The notes beneath the pieces are model-generated. The model did not search any database and had not been told where the DNA came from. It saw only the letters and a program-made list of their open reading frames with translations. From assembly GCF_051307035.1 (NCBI RefSeq), contig NZ_CP195536.1:30001-62000 (forward strand): a DNA stretch of 32,000 nt, in the 5' to 3' direction. Shown here one piece after another: positions 1-8,766 of this stretch (the stretch's first letter is position 1; each line of letters starts with the position of its first letter). Position numbers and translations under genes: made by a program. This DNA comes from Psychrobacter sp. DM4. Its GTDB lineage: Bacteria > Pseudomonadota > Gammaproteobacteria > Pseudomonadales > Moraxellaceae.

Positions 1-471
1 GACTGGTCCGTCTTTAGGTTCTGCGCCCATTTTTTCCAGCTTTTGCACGCTTAACGCTGCAGTGAGACCGCCCGTACCATAGATCATGGCTTCTTTTAGT
101 GTTAAAGATTCTGGACAGGCTACCGCCCAATCGGCAGGGATAGCAATCATTTGGCTTAAGCCGCCATCCGTATCCATACCCAAGTCATAACCGAATACCA
201 CGACCTCTTGACCCTCGGAAAACGTGCCAGACTTGTCATTGATGACGATACCAGCGGCATCGATACCAGGAGTGTGCGGATAGTTTCTAGTGATTCTCTT
301 ATTGCCCGATGCTGACATGGCATCTTTGAAATTTAGAGATGAATAATGCACTTCGATTAACAAATCATTCTCAGGTAAATCGCTAACATTACGCTGTTGA
401 ATGCTTTTTTTAAACTTACCGTCGCTGGCCTCGTGGACCACTAAGGCTTTAAAGGTTTTGTCATTAGACAT
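1..471 (-). CDS. MDR-superfamily oxidoreductase, YhdH/AcuI (acrylyl-CoA reductase-like) type; N-terminal part only, gene continues beyond window start
   Basis: Reverse-complement reading from ATG at 471..469 gives MSNDKTFKALVVHEASDGKFKKSIQQRNVSDLPENDLLIEVHYSSLNFKD..., which matches the YhdH-family N-terminus (..V.V.YSSLNYKDAL..G...I.R..P..PGID). The frame is open to position 1. This ORF is not in the supplied track because it is truncated. Confidence 0.75.
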   Translation of the reverse strand, partial: MSNDKTFKALVVHEASDGKFKKSIQQRNVSDLPENDLLIEVHYSSLNFKDAMSASGNKRITRNYPHTPGIDAAGIVINDKSGTFSEGQEVVVFGYDLGMDTDGGLSQMIAIPADWAVACPESLTLKEAMIYGTGGLTAALSVQKLEKMGAEPKDGPV

Positions 472-513
472 AGTATTATTCCTTTTTTAGTAGTTTTGTT
501 TTATGCAAATATC

Positions 514-1494
514 TTAAGGCTTAATCAATATTTTACCTTTTTTCTCTGATTGCACTTTTTCAGAGACCGCCGTTTGAATATCATCTAGCTTATAGATGCC
601 GCCAGTAGGGAGTTTGAATTTGCCACTTGCCGCATTTTCAATCAGCTCTTTGACTAAGCGCTGTTTGTTATCTTCGCTGATCTCTTGCATCAGATCGCTC
701 GCCCAAAAACCCTTTATCTTCGTTAAATTAAAGATTAGATTGCTAGGATTAATCATCAAAGGGTCGCCCGACACAGAACCCAAAGACGCCATCGCGCCAT
801 ATTTACCTAATAAGGATAAAAGCTCGCCACCAGGTTTACCACCTACGGCATCGACAGCGCCCTTGATTGAAGCATTGCCAACGATTTTTTGTACTTGCTC
901 TTTCCAGTCCTCATGATCGGTGACGACGTTGTTTTCGGTGATGCCTAGATCGATAAGCTCTTGTTCTGATTCTTTGCTGCGCACCAAGTTAATCGTATTG
1001 ATGTTACGCTGTGGAGCGAGCATCGCCATGGACTCGCCAACTGCGCCATTAGCCGCGTTTTGGATGATCCATTGACCGGGTTCAATATTTAAGAACTCAA
1101 TAAGCAGTAACGCACTCATCGGCATAGCAATTAATTGTGCTGCCATTTCATCGTCGATAGTATCTGGTATCGGAATGAGACTTTGAGCAGGCGCGATAAA
1201 ATACTCCGCCCACGTGCCTTGTATGCCTGATACGACAACGCGTTGACCTTTCTCAAAGCCTTTTACGTCTTTGCCAAGAGCATCGATTTCCCCTACCGCC
1301 TCACTACCACCAGCGGCAGGCAACTCAGGTTTATTGCCGTATTCGCCTTTGATAGTGACGATGTCATGATTATGAATAGAGGATAAAATCGTCTTGATAC
1401 GGACTTCGTTATCCTTTGGCTCTGGAGTAGGGCTGTCAGTAATATTAAGGACGTCTGAAGGTTTGCCAAATTCGTTATAAGTTGCGATACGCAT
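514..1494 (-). CDS. Zn-independent MDR-family NAD(P)H-dependent quinone/2-enoyl reductase-like oxidoreductase
   Basis: 326-aa ORF with a GroES-like N-terminal domain (EVRIKT..SIHNHD) and a Rossmann region (QNAANGAVG). The architecture is typical of the quinone oxidoreductase / enoyl thioester reductase subfamily. Confidence 0.8.
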   Translation of the reverse strand: MRIATYNEFGKPSDVLNITDSPTPEPKDNEVRIKTILSSIHNHDIVTIKGEYGNKPELPAAGGSEAVGEIDALGKDVKGFEKGQRVVVSGIQGTWAEYFIAPAQSLIPIPDTIDDEMAAQLIAMPMSALLLIEFLNIEPGQWIIQNAANGAVGESMAMLAPQRNINTINLVRSKESEQELIDLGITENNVVTDHEDWKEQVQKIVGNASIKGAVDAVGGKPGGELLSLLGKYGAMASLGSVSGDPLMINPSNLIFNLTKIKGFWASDLMQEISEDNKQRLVKELIENAASGKFKLPTGGIYKLDDIQTAVSEKVQSEKKGKILIKP

Positions 1495-1694
1495 AGGATT
1501 TCCTTTTTATTTTTTTGAGTCTTAAATGGTGATTAATAACTAAGCATTAACCTTAACAATTCAAGCTAAGGGTTCTCAAGCTAACTTTAGTTAAGGAACG
1601 TTGTGACTGGCTTAGAATTGTAAAGTAGTCGAGGTTAAGCATAACGCTTTATTGACCAGTGCTACTTGTACAGTAATTATTTAGAAGTTCGCAC

Positions 1695-1725
1695 AAAAAA
1701 GCAGTGCTCTTATAAGGAACACTGC
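1695..1725 (-). terminator. Rho-independent terminator downstream of the 1762..2739 gene
   Basis: On the minus strand: gcagtgttc-loop-gagcactgc stem (one G.U pair) followed by TTTTTT, about 35 nt after the stop codon. Confidence 0.5.
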
Positions 1726-1761
1726 TATAAATAGATGATATTTAAGTGTAGTAAATACAGC

Positions 1762-2739
1762 TTATGGTTTCAACAGCACCTTACCGTTCTTACCTGATTG
1801 CAACTTACCATCGACCGCTTTGGTAATGTCCGCCAAATCAAAAGTCGCCTCTACTGGCAGTTTGAGCTTGCCATCTACCGCGCGCTCGACTAGCTCATCA
1901 ACTAGGCGTTGTTTGTTGTCCACACTCATCTCTTGGCTGAGCTTGCTACCCCAAAAGCCTTTTAGCGTGGCTTGTTTAAAGATGACATCAGTAGGATTAA
2001 GCTGCATAGGCTTGCCTGACATTGCGCCAAAGACGGCAAAGGTGCCGCCATGACCGAGGAGTGACAATAAATCGCCGCTGTCTTGACCACCGACCGAATC
2101 AACTGCCGCGCTGATTTTGTCGTCACCGAGCAGAGTTTTGACTTGCGCTTTCCAGTCCTCATCATCTGTATTGATATTGTTTTTTGCGCCGACAGCTTCT
2201 AACTCCTCTACCGCTTCCTTGCTACGTACCACATTAATGGTGTTGACGCCGCGCGCTGCTGCTAGCATCGCAAGTGATTTACCGACCGCGCCATTAGCGG
2301 CGTTATGAATGACCCATTGACCGCTCTCAACGTCTAAGAATTCTAATAGCATGAGCGCGCTTAGCGGCATAGCGACCAATTGCGCGGCCATCTCATCATC
2401 CAAGCTTTCAGGGATCACAAATACCATGTCCTCAGAGGCAACGAAATACTCTGCCCAAGTGGCTTGTACACTTGCCGCCGCGACACGCTGACCGACCTTT
2501 AGGTCTTTGACCTCATCACCGACCGCATCGATGACGCCGACTGCCTCGGAACCTGCGATGGCTGGCAACTCAGGCTTAAAGCCATATTTGCCGCGAATGG
2601 TTAATAGGTCATGGTTGTGGATAGAGGCGAGGGTGGTTTTGACACGAACCTCGTTGGCTTTGGGCTCTGGGATAGGTCGATCACCTAGGCTTAGGACTTC
2701 AGTGGGTTTGCCAAATTCGTTATAAGTTGCGCTACGCAT
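1762..2739 (-). CDS. MDR-family NAD(P)H-dependent oxidoreductase, tandem paralogue of 514..1494
   Basis: 325-aa ORF that is collinear along its full length with the neighbouring 326-aa ORF. Shared blocks include TYNEFGKP, EPK.NEVR.KT, SIHNHD, AEYF, DDEMAAQL.AMP.SAL.L.EFL, NAANGAVG, INTIN.VRSKE, EDWK.QV, DNKQRLV.EL and GK.KLP. Confidence 0.8.
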   Translation of the reverse strand: MRSATYNEFGKPTEVLSLGDRPIPEPKANEVRVKTTLASIHNHDLLTIRGKYGFKPELPAIAGSEAVGVIDAVGDEVKDLKVGQRVAAASVQATWAEYFVASEDMVFVIPESLDDEMAAQLVAMPLSALMLLEFLDVESGQWVIHNAANGAVGKSLAMLAAARGVNTINVVRSKEAVEELEAVGAKNNINTDDEDWKAQVKTLLGDDKISAAVDSVGGQDSGDLLSLLGHGGTFAVFGAMSGKPMQLNPTDVIFKQATLKGFWGSKLSQEMSVDNKQRLVDELVERAVDGKLKLPVEATFDLADITKAVDGKLQSGKNGKVLLKP

Positions 2740-2945
2740 AATAAATCCTTTTTTATTAGTAAATAATGGTTTTGGATAAGTGCTGTTTATCAGGTGTCTC
2801 TCAACAAATGCTTTTAAACGAGCGGAGATAAATGAGACCTATCCTTTATGTTTTTGAGCATTTACAGTAACAAGTCAGATAGCCTTATCGCAATGCTACT
2901 TTCGTTACCTCATGTTGTGAGCGTAATAGTATTATTGATAAGTGT

Positions 2946-3200
2946 TCAGTAAAACTCGATGCGGCTTAGCACATGCTCCTGCACCAGATAAGCGCAAACA
3001 TAGGCGCTCGGCCATGCAAAGACAAATGCCAGTCCCCACGAAGCTAGCAAATCAGCAAAGAAGTGCTCGCTATAACCTGCTTTTACTAATATTAGCGCAG
3101 CTGAAATAATCAGCGACATCATCAGTGCCATAAGACAGGTAAAGATCAGTCGATAATATTTGCGTCGCGTGCGGAGTCTAAGCGGGTTAGGATTTGACAT
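2946..3200 (-). CDS. Small two-helix membrane protein, DUF2798-like
   Basis: 84-aa ORF with two hydrophobic helices and a basic N-terminus (RLRTRRKYYR). Size and pattern resemble the DUF2798 family. Assigned from memory of the family, not searched. Confidence 0.55.
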   Translation of the reverse strand: MSNPNPLRLRTRRKYYRLIFTCLMALMMSLIISAALILVKAGYSEHFFADLLASWGLAFVFAWPSAYVCAYLVQEHVLSRIEFY

Positions 3201-3518
3201 AGACTTTTGATCCTACACATTTTTATGATAGCGGGTTATCATATATCCTCTAGAGTGCTGGGTAAATTGGTTATTGTTAATCTCTACATTCGTTAAATTT
3301 CAATCAACCTAGCTATGACTTAAAACGTACTGGATAAAATGTTTATTACCAATGACAATGCTCACATCCTCTCAAATACAAAGGTCACCGAGTCAGTGGT
3401 ATTTTTATTTACTAAGCGCAGATGAATAAAATTTTTGACTACAAAGTTATTAATTAAAAACCCGGCACATGAGTTTATCGTTAAACTCATAGTCAAAATT
3501 AACTTTCAGGAATATCCA

Positions 3519-4466
3519 ATGCTACTAAAACGCTTAAGTCTAGCCGCGCTATTTAGTCTTTCGGTAATAGGGTGTACGACTACGCCGAATACACTGGCGA
3601 TAAACACGACACAAAAGCTCGTACAATATGAGCGCAACAAGTCAGACCTTGAGGTCAAGTCTTTTACTTTATCCTCAGGTGAAAAGCTAGTATATAGCGA
3701 AAACGCCAATCTAACGGGTGAGCCTTTGCTACTCATTCATGGATTCGGCGGTAATAAAGATAACTTTACCCGTATCGCTAAAAATCTGGAAAACTATCAT
3801 CTCATTATTCCCGATTTGCTCGGTTTCGGTGAATCGAGTAAGCCTATGAGCGCCGACTATCGCTCTGAGGCACAGGCCACGCGCTTACATGAGCTACTCC
3901 AAGCTAAAGGTATGACCTCCAATATTCATATCGGTGGCAACTCAATGGGCGGTGCGATCAGTGTGGCTTACGCTGCCAAATACCCGCAGGATGTCGATAG
4001 TTTATGGTTAATAGATAGCGGCGGATTTTATTCAGCAGGTATGGCAAGATCTTTTGAAGGTGCGACGCTTGAGAGCAATCCACTGCTGATAAAGAGCAAA
4101 GAAGATTTTTATAAGATGTACGACTTTGTGATGTATAAGCCGCCTTACGTCCCAAAATCAGTACAAGCGGTATTGGCACAAGAACGCATCAACAATAGAG
4201 AATTGGATGCCAAAATCCTTGGGCAAATTGTCACGGACAGCGTAGAAGAGCGCGCCAAAGTTATCGCTAAATACAATATTCCAACGCTAGTGGTTTGGGG
4301 TGAGGAAGATCGAGTGATTAAGCCTGAAACTGCTATCGTGATGAAGCAGATTATCCCGCAAGCGCAAGTCATTATGATGCCAGAGGTTGGTCACGTGCCG
4401 ATGATAGAGGCGGTGGATGAGACGGCCGAGGATTATAATAGGTTTCGTGAAGGGTTAAAAAAGTAA
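3519..4466 (+). CDS. lip1: Secreted/lipoprotein alpha/beta-hydrolase lipase (cold-adapted Psychrobacter Lip1-like triacylglycerol lipase)
   Basis: The track ORF starts at TTG 3435, but ATG 3519 gives MLLKRLSLAALFSLSVIGC, a signal peptide with lipobox Cys. It has the HGFGGN oxyanion motif and the GNSMGG nucleophile elbow, and a C-terminal GHVPM catalytic His region. From memory the sequence is very close to Psychrobacter immobilis lipase 1. Confidence 0.85.
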   Translation: MLLKRLSLAALFSLSVIGCTTTPNTLAINTTQKLVQYERNKSDLEVKSFTLSSGEKLVYSENANLTGEPLLLIHGFGGNKDNFTRIAKNLENYHLIIPDLLGFGESSKPMSADYRSEAQATRLHELLQAKGMTSNIHIGGNSMGGAISVAYAAKYPQDVDSLWLIDSGGFYSAGMARSFEGATLESNPLLIKSKEDFYKMYDFVMYKPPYVPKSVQAVLAQERINNRELDAKILGQIVTDSVEERAKVIAKYNIPTLVVWGEEDRVIKPETAIVMKQIIPQAQVIMMPEVGHVPMIEAVDETAEDYNRFREGLKK

Positions 4467-4487
4467 TTATTTAGATTTGCCTTAATT

Positions 4488-4526
4488 AAAAAAGAAACAT
4501 CAGCGGGTCTGATGTTTCTTTTTTTG
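4488..4526. terminator. Bidirectional Rho-independent terminator between convergent lipase and DsrE-like genes
   Basis: Perfect 13-bp stem aaagaaacatcag / ctgatgtttcttt (4491-4503 / 4509-4521) with loop cgggt. It is flanked by an A-run upstream and a T-run downstream. Confidence 0.7.
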
Positions 4527-4569
4527 GCTACTATTTTGATGATGGAGTTATTGTTAAGTGATGATCCCC

Positions 4570-4947
4570 TTAATTCAACTGCAAAGATCCCTTCGCACTC
4601 ATGAGTAACTTAACCACATCATCACCGCTAATGACAGCGAAGCGCTTGTCAATATCTGACTCTGCCACGCCATTGTGTTTCATGCACGCGCCGCAGACCA
4701 AGACTTGACCACCTTTTTCGATAAAGGCTTCTAGCAGCTCGCCCGCAGGTTCAAAGGGATCGCCAATATCGACGTTATCCAGCGCATTTGGTAGGGCTAG
4801 GTGCACGGCGTCTACCATCAAGATGACGGTTGCCGAGTGACCTTGTTTGAGCGCGACGCCTGCCATAGTAAAAGCGAGGGTGATTTTGCTTGGGTTTGAG
4901 TCACTATTATCAAATAGCGTACCGACATAATCTGTTTGCTTAGCCAT
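4570..4947 (-). CDS. DsrE/DsrF-like sulfur-relay family protein
   Basis: 125-aa ORF with the typical DsrE-fold pattern: a small alpha/beta protein with VLVCGACM Cys motif and an N-terminal ITLAFTMAG segment. Confidence 0.65.
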   Translation of the reverse strand: MAKQTDYVGTLFDNSDSNPSKITLAFTMAGVALKQGHSATVILMVDAVHLALPNALDNVDIGDPFEPAGELLEAFIEKGGQVLVCGACMKHNGVAESDIDKRFAVISGDDVVKLLMSAKGSLQLN

Positions 4948-5151
4948 ATTATTATCCTTGTTTTATAGTTTGTTGAGTAACTTACTCCTCTCTATCCTAG
5001 CATTTATTATATTTTTTTATATAATGTATTGTTATAGAATAGTAGTTCTAAGGGTTTCTAAAGACTTATAAATAAGTAACTCTGCTTTGAGCTATCCAGC
5101 TCTTTTAGAATACGCCGAGTTTTCAAACGAGCTTTAAAACTCGGCAAAATC

Positions 5152-5176
5152 AAAAGGCTGGGTTAAAAACCCAGCC
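5152..5176 (-). terminator. Rho-independent terminator downstream of thioesterase gene
   Basis: ggctgggtt-aaa-aacccagcc hairpin (5156..5176). On the minus strand it is followed by TTTTGATTTT. A second hairpin, gccgagtttt...aaaactcggc, lies at 5114..5145. Confidence 0.55.
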
Positions 5177-5214
5177 TACGACAAATTTTAAGCATAGCGA
5201 ACAGTCAAAAACCT

Positions 5215-5766
5215 TTAAACCATCTCACCCATTGGCGGCCAGCGATGCGCTTTATCACTATCTATCCAGTCTTGGATCCAAGGCTCAGTGGGCGTGTCCC
5301 AAGCTGACAAACCCAAAGCTGATAGCACTCTTGCCATCTCAATGACTCTGCCTTTTTCTGTCACGCCTGTACGTAGTAGGACAGAGGAGCACGGTTTGCC
5401 TTTGACCCACATCGAATGCTCAAGATATAACCAGCGCTCATCCATACCGACCAGCTGCGTCTTTATCGTGACTTTATCGAACAGTCGAATACGCTTACGG
5501 TACTGAATGGTGCTGCCAGCTACCACCATGCCCCAACGATTTTTGAGTAGCTGCTTGGCAAGCCCAGTCCGAATGATAAAGTCGGTACGCCCGATATCAT
5601 AGACGGTCAACACCCGACCGTTATTCATCTCAAACATAGGATCAATGTCAGTAAAGCTGCAACGCACGGTAACTTCGCTAACGTGGTCAAACGCTAAGGG
5701 TTGGCCTTTTTTATTATTGATAATAGCGTCAACGATAGACTTGGTATAGCGTATATAAGGATACAT
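5215..5766 (-). CDS. Hotdog-fold acyl-CoA thioesterase-like protein (4HBT_2-like)
   Basis: 183-aa ORF. The pattern D.D.....NNGR.L...D.GR.....R.G followed by ...G..I.YR..I is characteristic of thioesterase-like superfamily proteins. Confidence 0.65.
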   Translation of the reverse strand: MYPYIRYTKSIVDAIINNKKGQPLAFDHVSEVTVRCSFTDIDPMFEMNNGRVLTVYDIGRTDFIIRTGLAKQLLKNRWGMVVAGSTIQYRKRIRLFDKVTIKTQLVGMDERWLYLEHSMWVKGKPCSSVLLRTGVTEKGRVIEMARVLSALGLSAWDTPTEPWIQDWIDSDKAHRWPPMGEMV

Positions 5767-5802
5767 AGGGTAGTCTCAAAATTTAAAAAGCAGAGCTGTT
5801 AT

Positions 5803-6909
5803 TTATTGAGGTGCTAACGTCTCAGAGTCAGGCGTTTGAGTAGCAGGCACGCCAATAGCAATAAAATAAGCGCTGACCGTTTCAGGTATCCAGTTGATGT
5901 CGAATCTTGATGTTTTAGTCTTGTCGCCAGTTTCTGAATGGGTATCTGCTAGTTTGCCCTTGGACTGACCTTTGTCTGAGCGATAACGCAAATAGCCAAT
6001 GTGGCCGCCGTGATCGGTCTCGATGATAGTGACCTTATCTGAGACATCGCCTTGGGTCGCGGTAAAGCCGATAAAGGGATCGTCTTTGGCGCTGACGAGG
6101 AGTAGAGGACGTGTGACATCGATCAAATAAGGTAGCGCTGAGGAAGAGTGGTAATAGTCGTTTTTGGAGCGGTAGCCATGACGCGGCGCGGTAAAGATAT
6201 TATCAAAATCGCTAATCTTGTTGACGGCTTTGATAGAGGCGATTTCCTCCTCACTGATATCATTTGCTAGCGCTTTTTTGATAATGGGGTTGAGCAGATA
6301 CGGGGTATAAATGCGATGACTCAAAAAGCTATGCATACTGAGCGCGGCGGACGACATATCGACAGGTGCTGAGACAACGGCGGCGCCTTTGCATAGGGCT
6401 TGGTCGCCATATTCACCTAGATACTTTGCTAGCGCGTTACCGCCTAGAGACACCCCAACCGCGTAGATATTGGCAAACTCTTCACGCAAATTTTGCAACA
6501 TATGATGCACCTCTTCGGTGTCGCCGGCGTTATAAAAGACGCGACCTCTCGCAGGTATACCGCCGCAACTACGGAAGTGGGCGACGACGAAGTGCCAGCC
6601 TTGAGCATGCATCTGATAGGCGAGAGCTCGCGCATAATGGCTATCGCTACTGCCCTCCATACCATGAAATAGAACGATCAATGGCGTCTGCTCTAAGGCG
6701 TTATCTGGGTTGTCGATTGGATGAGCGTCATAAAAATCATAAGCGATGTCCGTCTCGCATAACGAATCTGGTTTGATAACGCGGCGGTAAACTGGGGTTT
6801 TGGGTGCAAAGAACTTGGGTAAGATACTTTGCAGATGCGGATTGGTTAGCCAGAATGGCGGCTTAAATGCACTGGGTTTAAAGGATTTCGGTGCGTTGTA
6901 TATATACAT
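5803..6909 (-). CDS. YheT/ABHD-type alpha/beta-fold hydrolase
   Basis: 368-aa ORF with N-terminal FKPP.WL.NPHLQSI.P motif, HGMEGSS oxyanion region, GVSLGGN nucleophile elbow and C-terminal GGHIGY. This matches the YheT family. It lies 36 nt upstream of the thioesterase on the same strand. Confidence 0.75.
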   Translation of the reverse strand: MYIYNAPKSFKPSAFKPPFWLTNPHLQSILPKFFAPKTPVYRRVIKPDSLCETDIAYDFYDAHPIDNPDNALEQTPLIVLFHGMEGSSDSHYARALAYQMHAQGWHFVVAHFRSCGGIPARGRVFYNAGDTEEVHHMLQNLREEFANIYAVGVSLGGNALAKYLGEYGDQALCKGAAVVSAPVDMSSAALSMHSFLSHRIYTPYLLNPIIKKALANDISEEEIASIKAVNKISDFDNIFTAPRHGYRSKNDYYHSSSALPYLIDVTRPLLLVSAKDDPFIGFTATQGDVSDKVTIIETDHGGHIGYLRYRSDKGQSKGKLADTHSETGDKTKTSRFDINWIPETVSAYFIAIGVPATQTPDSETLAPQ

Positions 6910-7001
6910 ATTATAGTCTTATGAAAGTGAGACAAAGGGTATAGTTCATCATACCGTTAGCCGTAGTCAAAACCAATTTTTTTGAGTGAACGGATGGTTA
7001 C

Positions 7002-7622
7002 TCAAATAAGAGGATAGCTATCAGAAAACGAATCTTCTAGCACCTGACCATCCATTGCCAAACGCTCTTTTAAGGTTGCAATATCAGCTTCAGCGATGGT
7101 CACAGTGAGCGTAACTTGCTTACTATAGACGACATCGTCAATATGACCACGTAGGTCTTCTACGATATAACGGCACTGCGACTCATGAGCGAAATCAGCA
7201 ACTATCTGTACTTGCGTCATTGAAACGTAAGGTTGCAGTGTCATCTGATCGATAACAGCTTGCGCTGATCCTGCATAGGCACGCGTCAGACCACCTGCGC
7301 CAAGCTTAATACCGCCAAAATAACGCACTACGATAATAATGACGTTGCCGATAGATTTGTGCTGCAATACACCCAGTATCGGTCGTCCAGCCGTACCGCT
7401 TGGCTCGCCGTCATCGTCAAAACCTGCGCTCGTTGTATTATCAGGGTCGCCTATGATGTATGCCCAACAATAATGACGGGCATCAGCGTATTGCTCGCGT
7501 AATTGTTCCACATGAAACATCGCAGCTTCACGTGAGGCTACCGGATAGCCATAGGTGATAAAGGCAGACTTTTTGATCTCAAGGCGAGCAGTGACAGCGG
7601 TTTTTGGGGTTTGATAGCTCAT
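7002..7622 (-). CDS. yigZ: IMPACT/YigZ family (UPF0029) protein
   Basis: 206-aa ORF with EIKKS.F......V......A......R......ARH.CWAY and DDGEP.GTAG.P.L, the hallmark motifs of YigZ/IMPACT. Confidence 0.8.
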   Translation of the reverse strand: MSYQTPKTAVTARLEIKKSAFITYGYPVASREAAMFHVEQLREQYADARHYCWAYIIGDPDNTTSAGFDDDGEPSGTAGRPILGVLQHKSIGNVIIIVVRYFGGIKLGAGGLTRAYAGSAQAVIDQMTLQPYVSMTQVQIVADFAHESQCRYIVEDLRGHIDDVVYSKQVTLTVTIAEADIATLKERLAMDGQVLEDSFSDSYPLI

Positions 7623-7702
7623 ATAGTCGTGATGATATGCCTAGGCTGAGAGTGAATATGTTAAACTTGCCCCACTATAACAAATCAAATGGTAGCAAAA
7701 GC

Positions 7703-8407
7703 ATGCGTTTAGATAAATTTATTAGTAAAGCCACCGAGCTGTCGCGCAAAGAGTCCAAAAAAATCCTGCACGCAGGCGAGATTACGGTTAATGATCAAGT
7801 GATCAAAGATCCGGGCGTACATGTCGACATCAATAATGATGAGGTGCTGTGGGCAGGCGAGTCGCTCTCGGTTGCGACGGGCAATCGTTATATCCTGCTG
7901 CATAAGCCTGAAGGGTTTGAGTGTACGCTCAAGGCAAAAGAGTATCCCATCGTCACCGAATTGATCGCCGTACCAGAGCTTGGCAGTTTGCGTATCGCAG
8001 GTCGCTTGGACGTCGATACCACTGGCGCATTACTGATTAGCGATGATGGCGGCTGGTTGCACCGCGTGACGAGTCCCAAGCATGAACATGCCAAGGTGTA
8101 TGAGCTGACCCTAGCTGATCCTATGGATGAGAGCGCACAAGCCAAAGCGGTGCAAAAGGTGAGTGAAGGGATATTGTTAGAGGGTGATTATGAGCCGACA
8201 AAACCGGCTACTCTTGAGTTCACCGATGAGACTCATGCGCGTCTGACTTTGGAGCAAGGTAAATACCATCAGGTCAAACGCATGATGGGTTACTTTGGTA
8301 ATCGCGTCACTGAGCTTCACCGCGCCAGCGTCGGTCATATCACCTTAGAGGGTCTTGAGATAGGCGATAGTCGTTTCTTAACTGCTGATGAAGTTGAAAA
8401 GTTTTAG
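7703..8407 (+). CDS. rsuA: 16S rRNA pseudouridine(516) synthase
   Basis: An S4 domain starts at MRLDKFISK (ATG 7703; the track ORF extends upstream to 7604). The catalytic RLD.DT.G motif (GRLDVDTTGALL) and the C-terminal YHQVKRM are typical of the RsuA/RluB/E/F family. Length is consistent with RsuA. Confidence 0.85.
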   Translation: MRLDKFISKATELSRKESKKILHAGEITVNDQVIKDPGVHVDINNDEVLWAGESLSVATGNRYILLHKPEGFECTLKAKEYPIVTELIAVPELGSLRIAGRLDVDTTGALLISDDGGWLHRVTSPKHEHAKVYELTLADPMDESAQAKAVQKVSEGILLEGDYEPTKPATLEFTDETHARLTLEQGKYHQVKRMMGYFGNRVTELHRASVGHITLEGLEIGDSRFLTADEVEKF

Positions 8408-8426
8408 AAGTCATTTAATCAATTTT

Positions 8427-8545
8427 GCGTAGGGTGTGGTTAGTTTTATGGAATTCTTATAAAGAATTTCAATAAAACGTAACCCACCTTTCAATAATGA
8501 CTTAATCTAAATGGTAGGTTACGCTTCTCTGACCACACCATACAA
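8427..8545. repeat. REP/BIME-like cluster of alternating inverted repeats in the rsuA-dsbC intergenic region
   Basis: Four copies of a GGT(N)GGTTA-type core in alternating orientation: tagggtgtggtt (8430-8441), cgtaacccacc (8478-8488), ggtaggttacg (8513-8523) and gaccacaccata (8531-8542). They form an outer 10/12 and an inner 10/11 inverted-repeat pair. Confidence 0.45.
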
Positions 8546-8766
8546 CCATACAATATTTTTACCTCATTTTATCTATCTCTATTGCGCCTCCCTTAAGCTC
8601 AAGTAGCGATTTGCAAAAGTAACTGGCAAACCCTCTCCAAATTTAGCTTGTGTGCTAAAGTCCTGATATCTTTTAATCTACTTTTTTATATAGTAATTGC
8701 TAATTTTATTGAGTCTCTTAACACAACCGACTTTAGCACCTACTTTATTGTGTTAGGACAATCGCT

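Noticed and set aside
596-916. Antisense shadow ORFs in the six-frame track. Examples: 596-916, 1820-2053, 1962-2165, 2117-2308, 2507-2725, 3506-3736, 3958-4372, 5288-5506, 6366-6776, 7709-8145, 11242-11439, 12183-13002, 13242-13674, 14012-14209, 18703-19098, 19413-19637, 20735-21112, 21595-21804, 23487-24003, 26044-26614, 27334-28029, 28294-28515, 30228-30779.
   Set aside because: Each lies wholly or almost wholly inside, and antisense or out of frame to, a longer ORF with clear family motifs. Their translations are low-complexity (Ser/Leu/Arg/Cys-rich), with no recognisable motifs or ribosome-binding sites.
3435-3518. N-terminal extensions of track ORFs using TTG/GTG starts: 3435 lipase, 7604 rsuA, 19612 glsB-like, 23078 dsbB, 25462 erpA, 26123 ABC-F
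   Set aside because: Internal ATG codons give family-typical N-termini (signal peptide, S4 domain start, first ABC beta-strand). Where checked, these ATGs have better Shine-Dalgarno sequences. The extensions add non-homologous residues.
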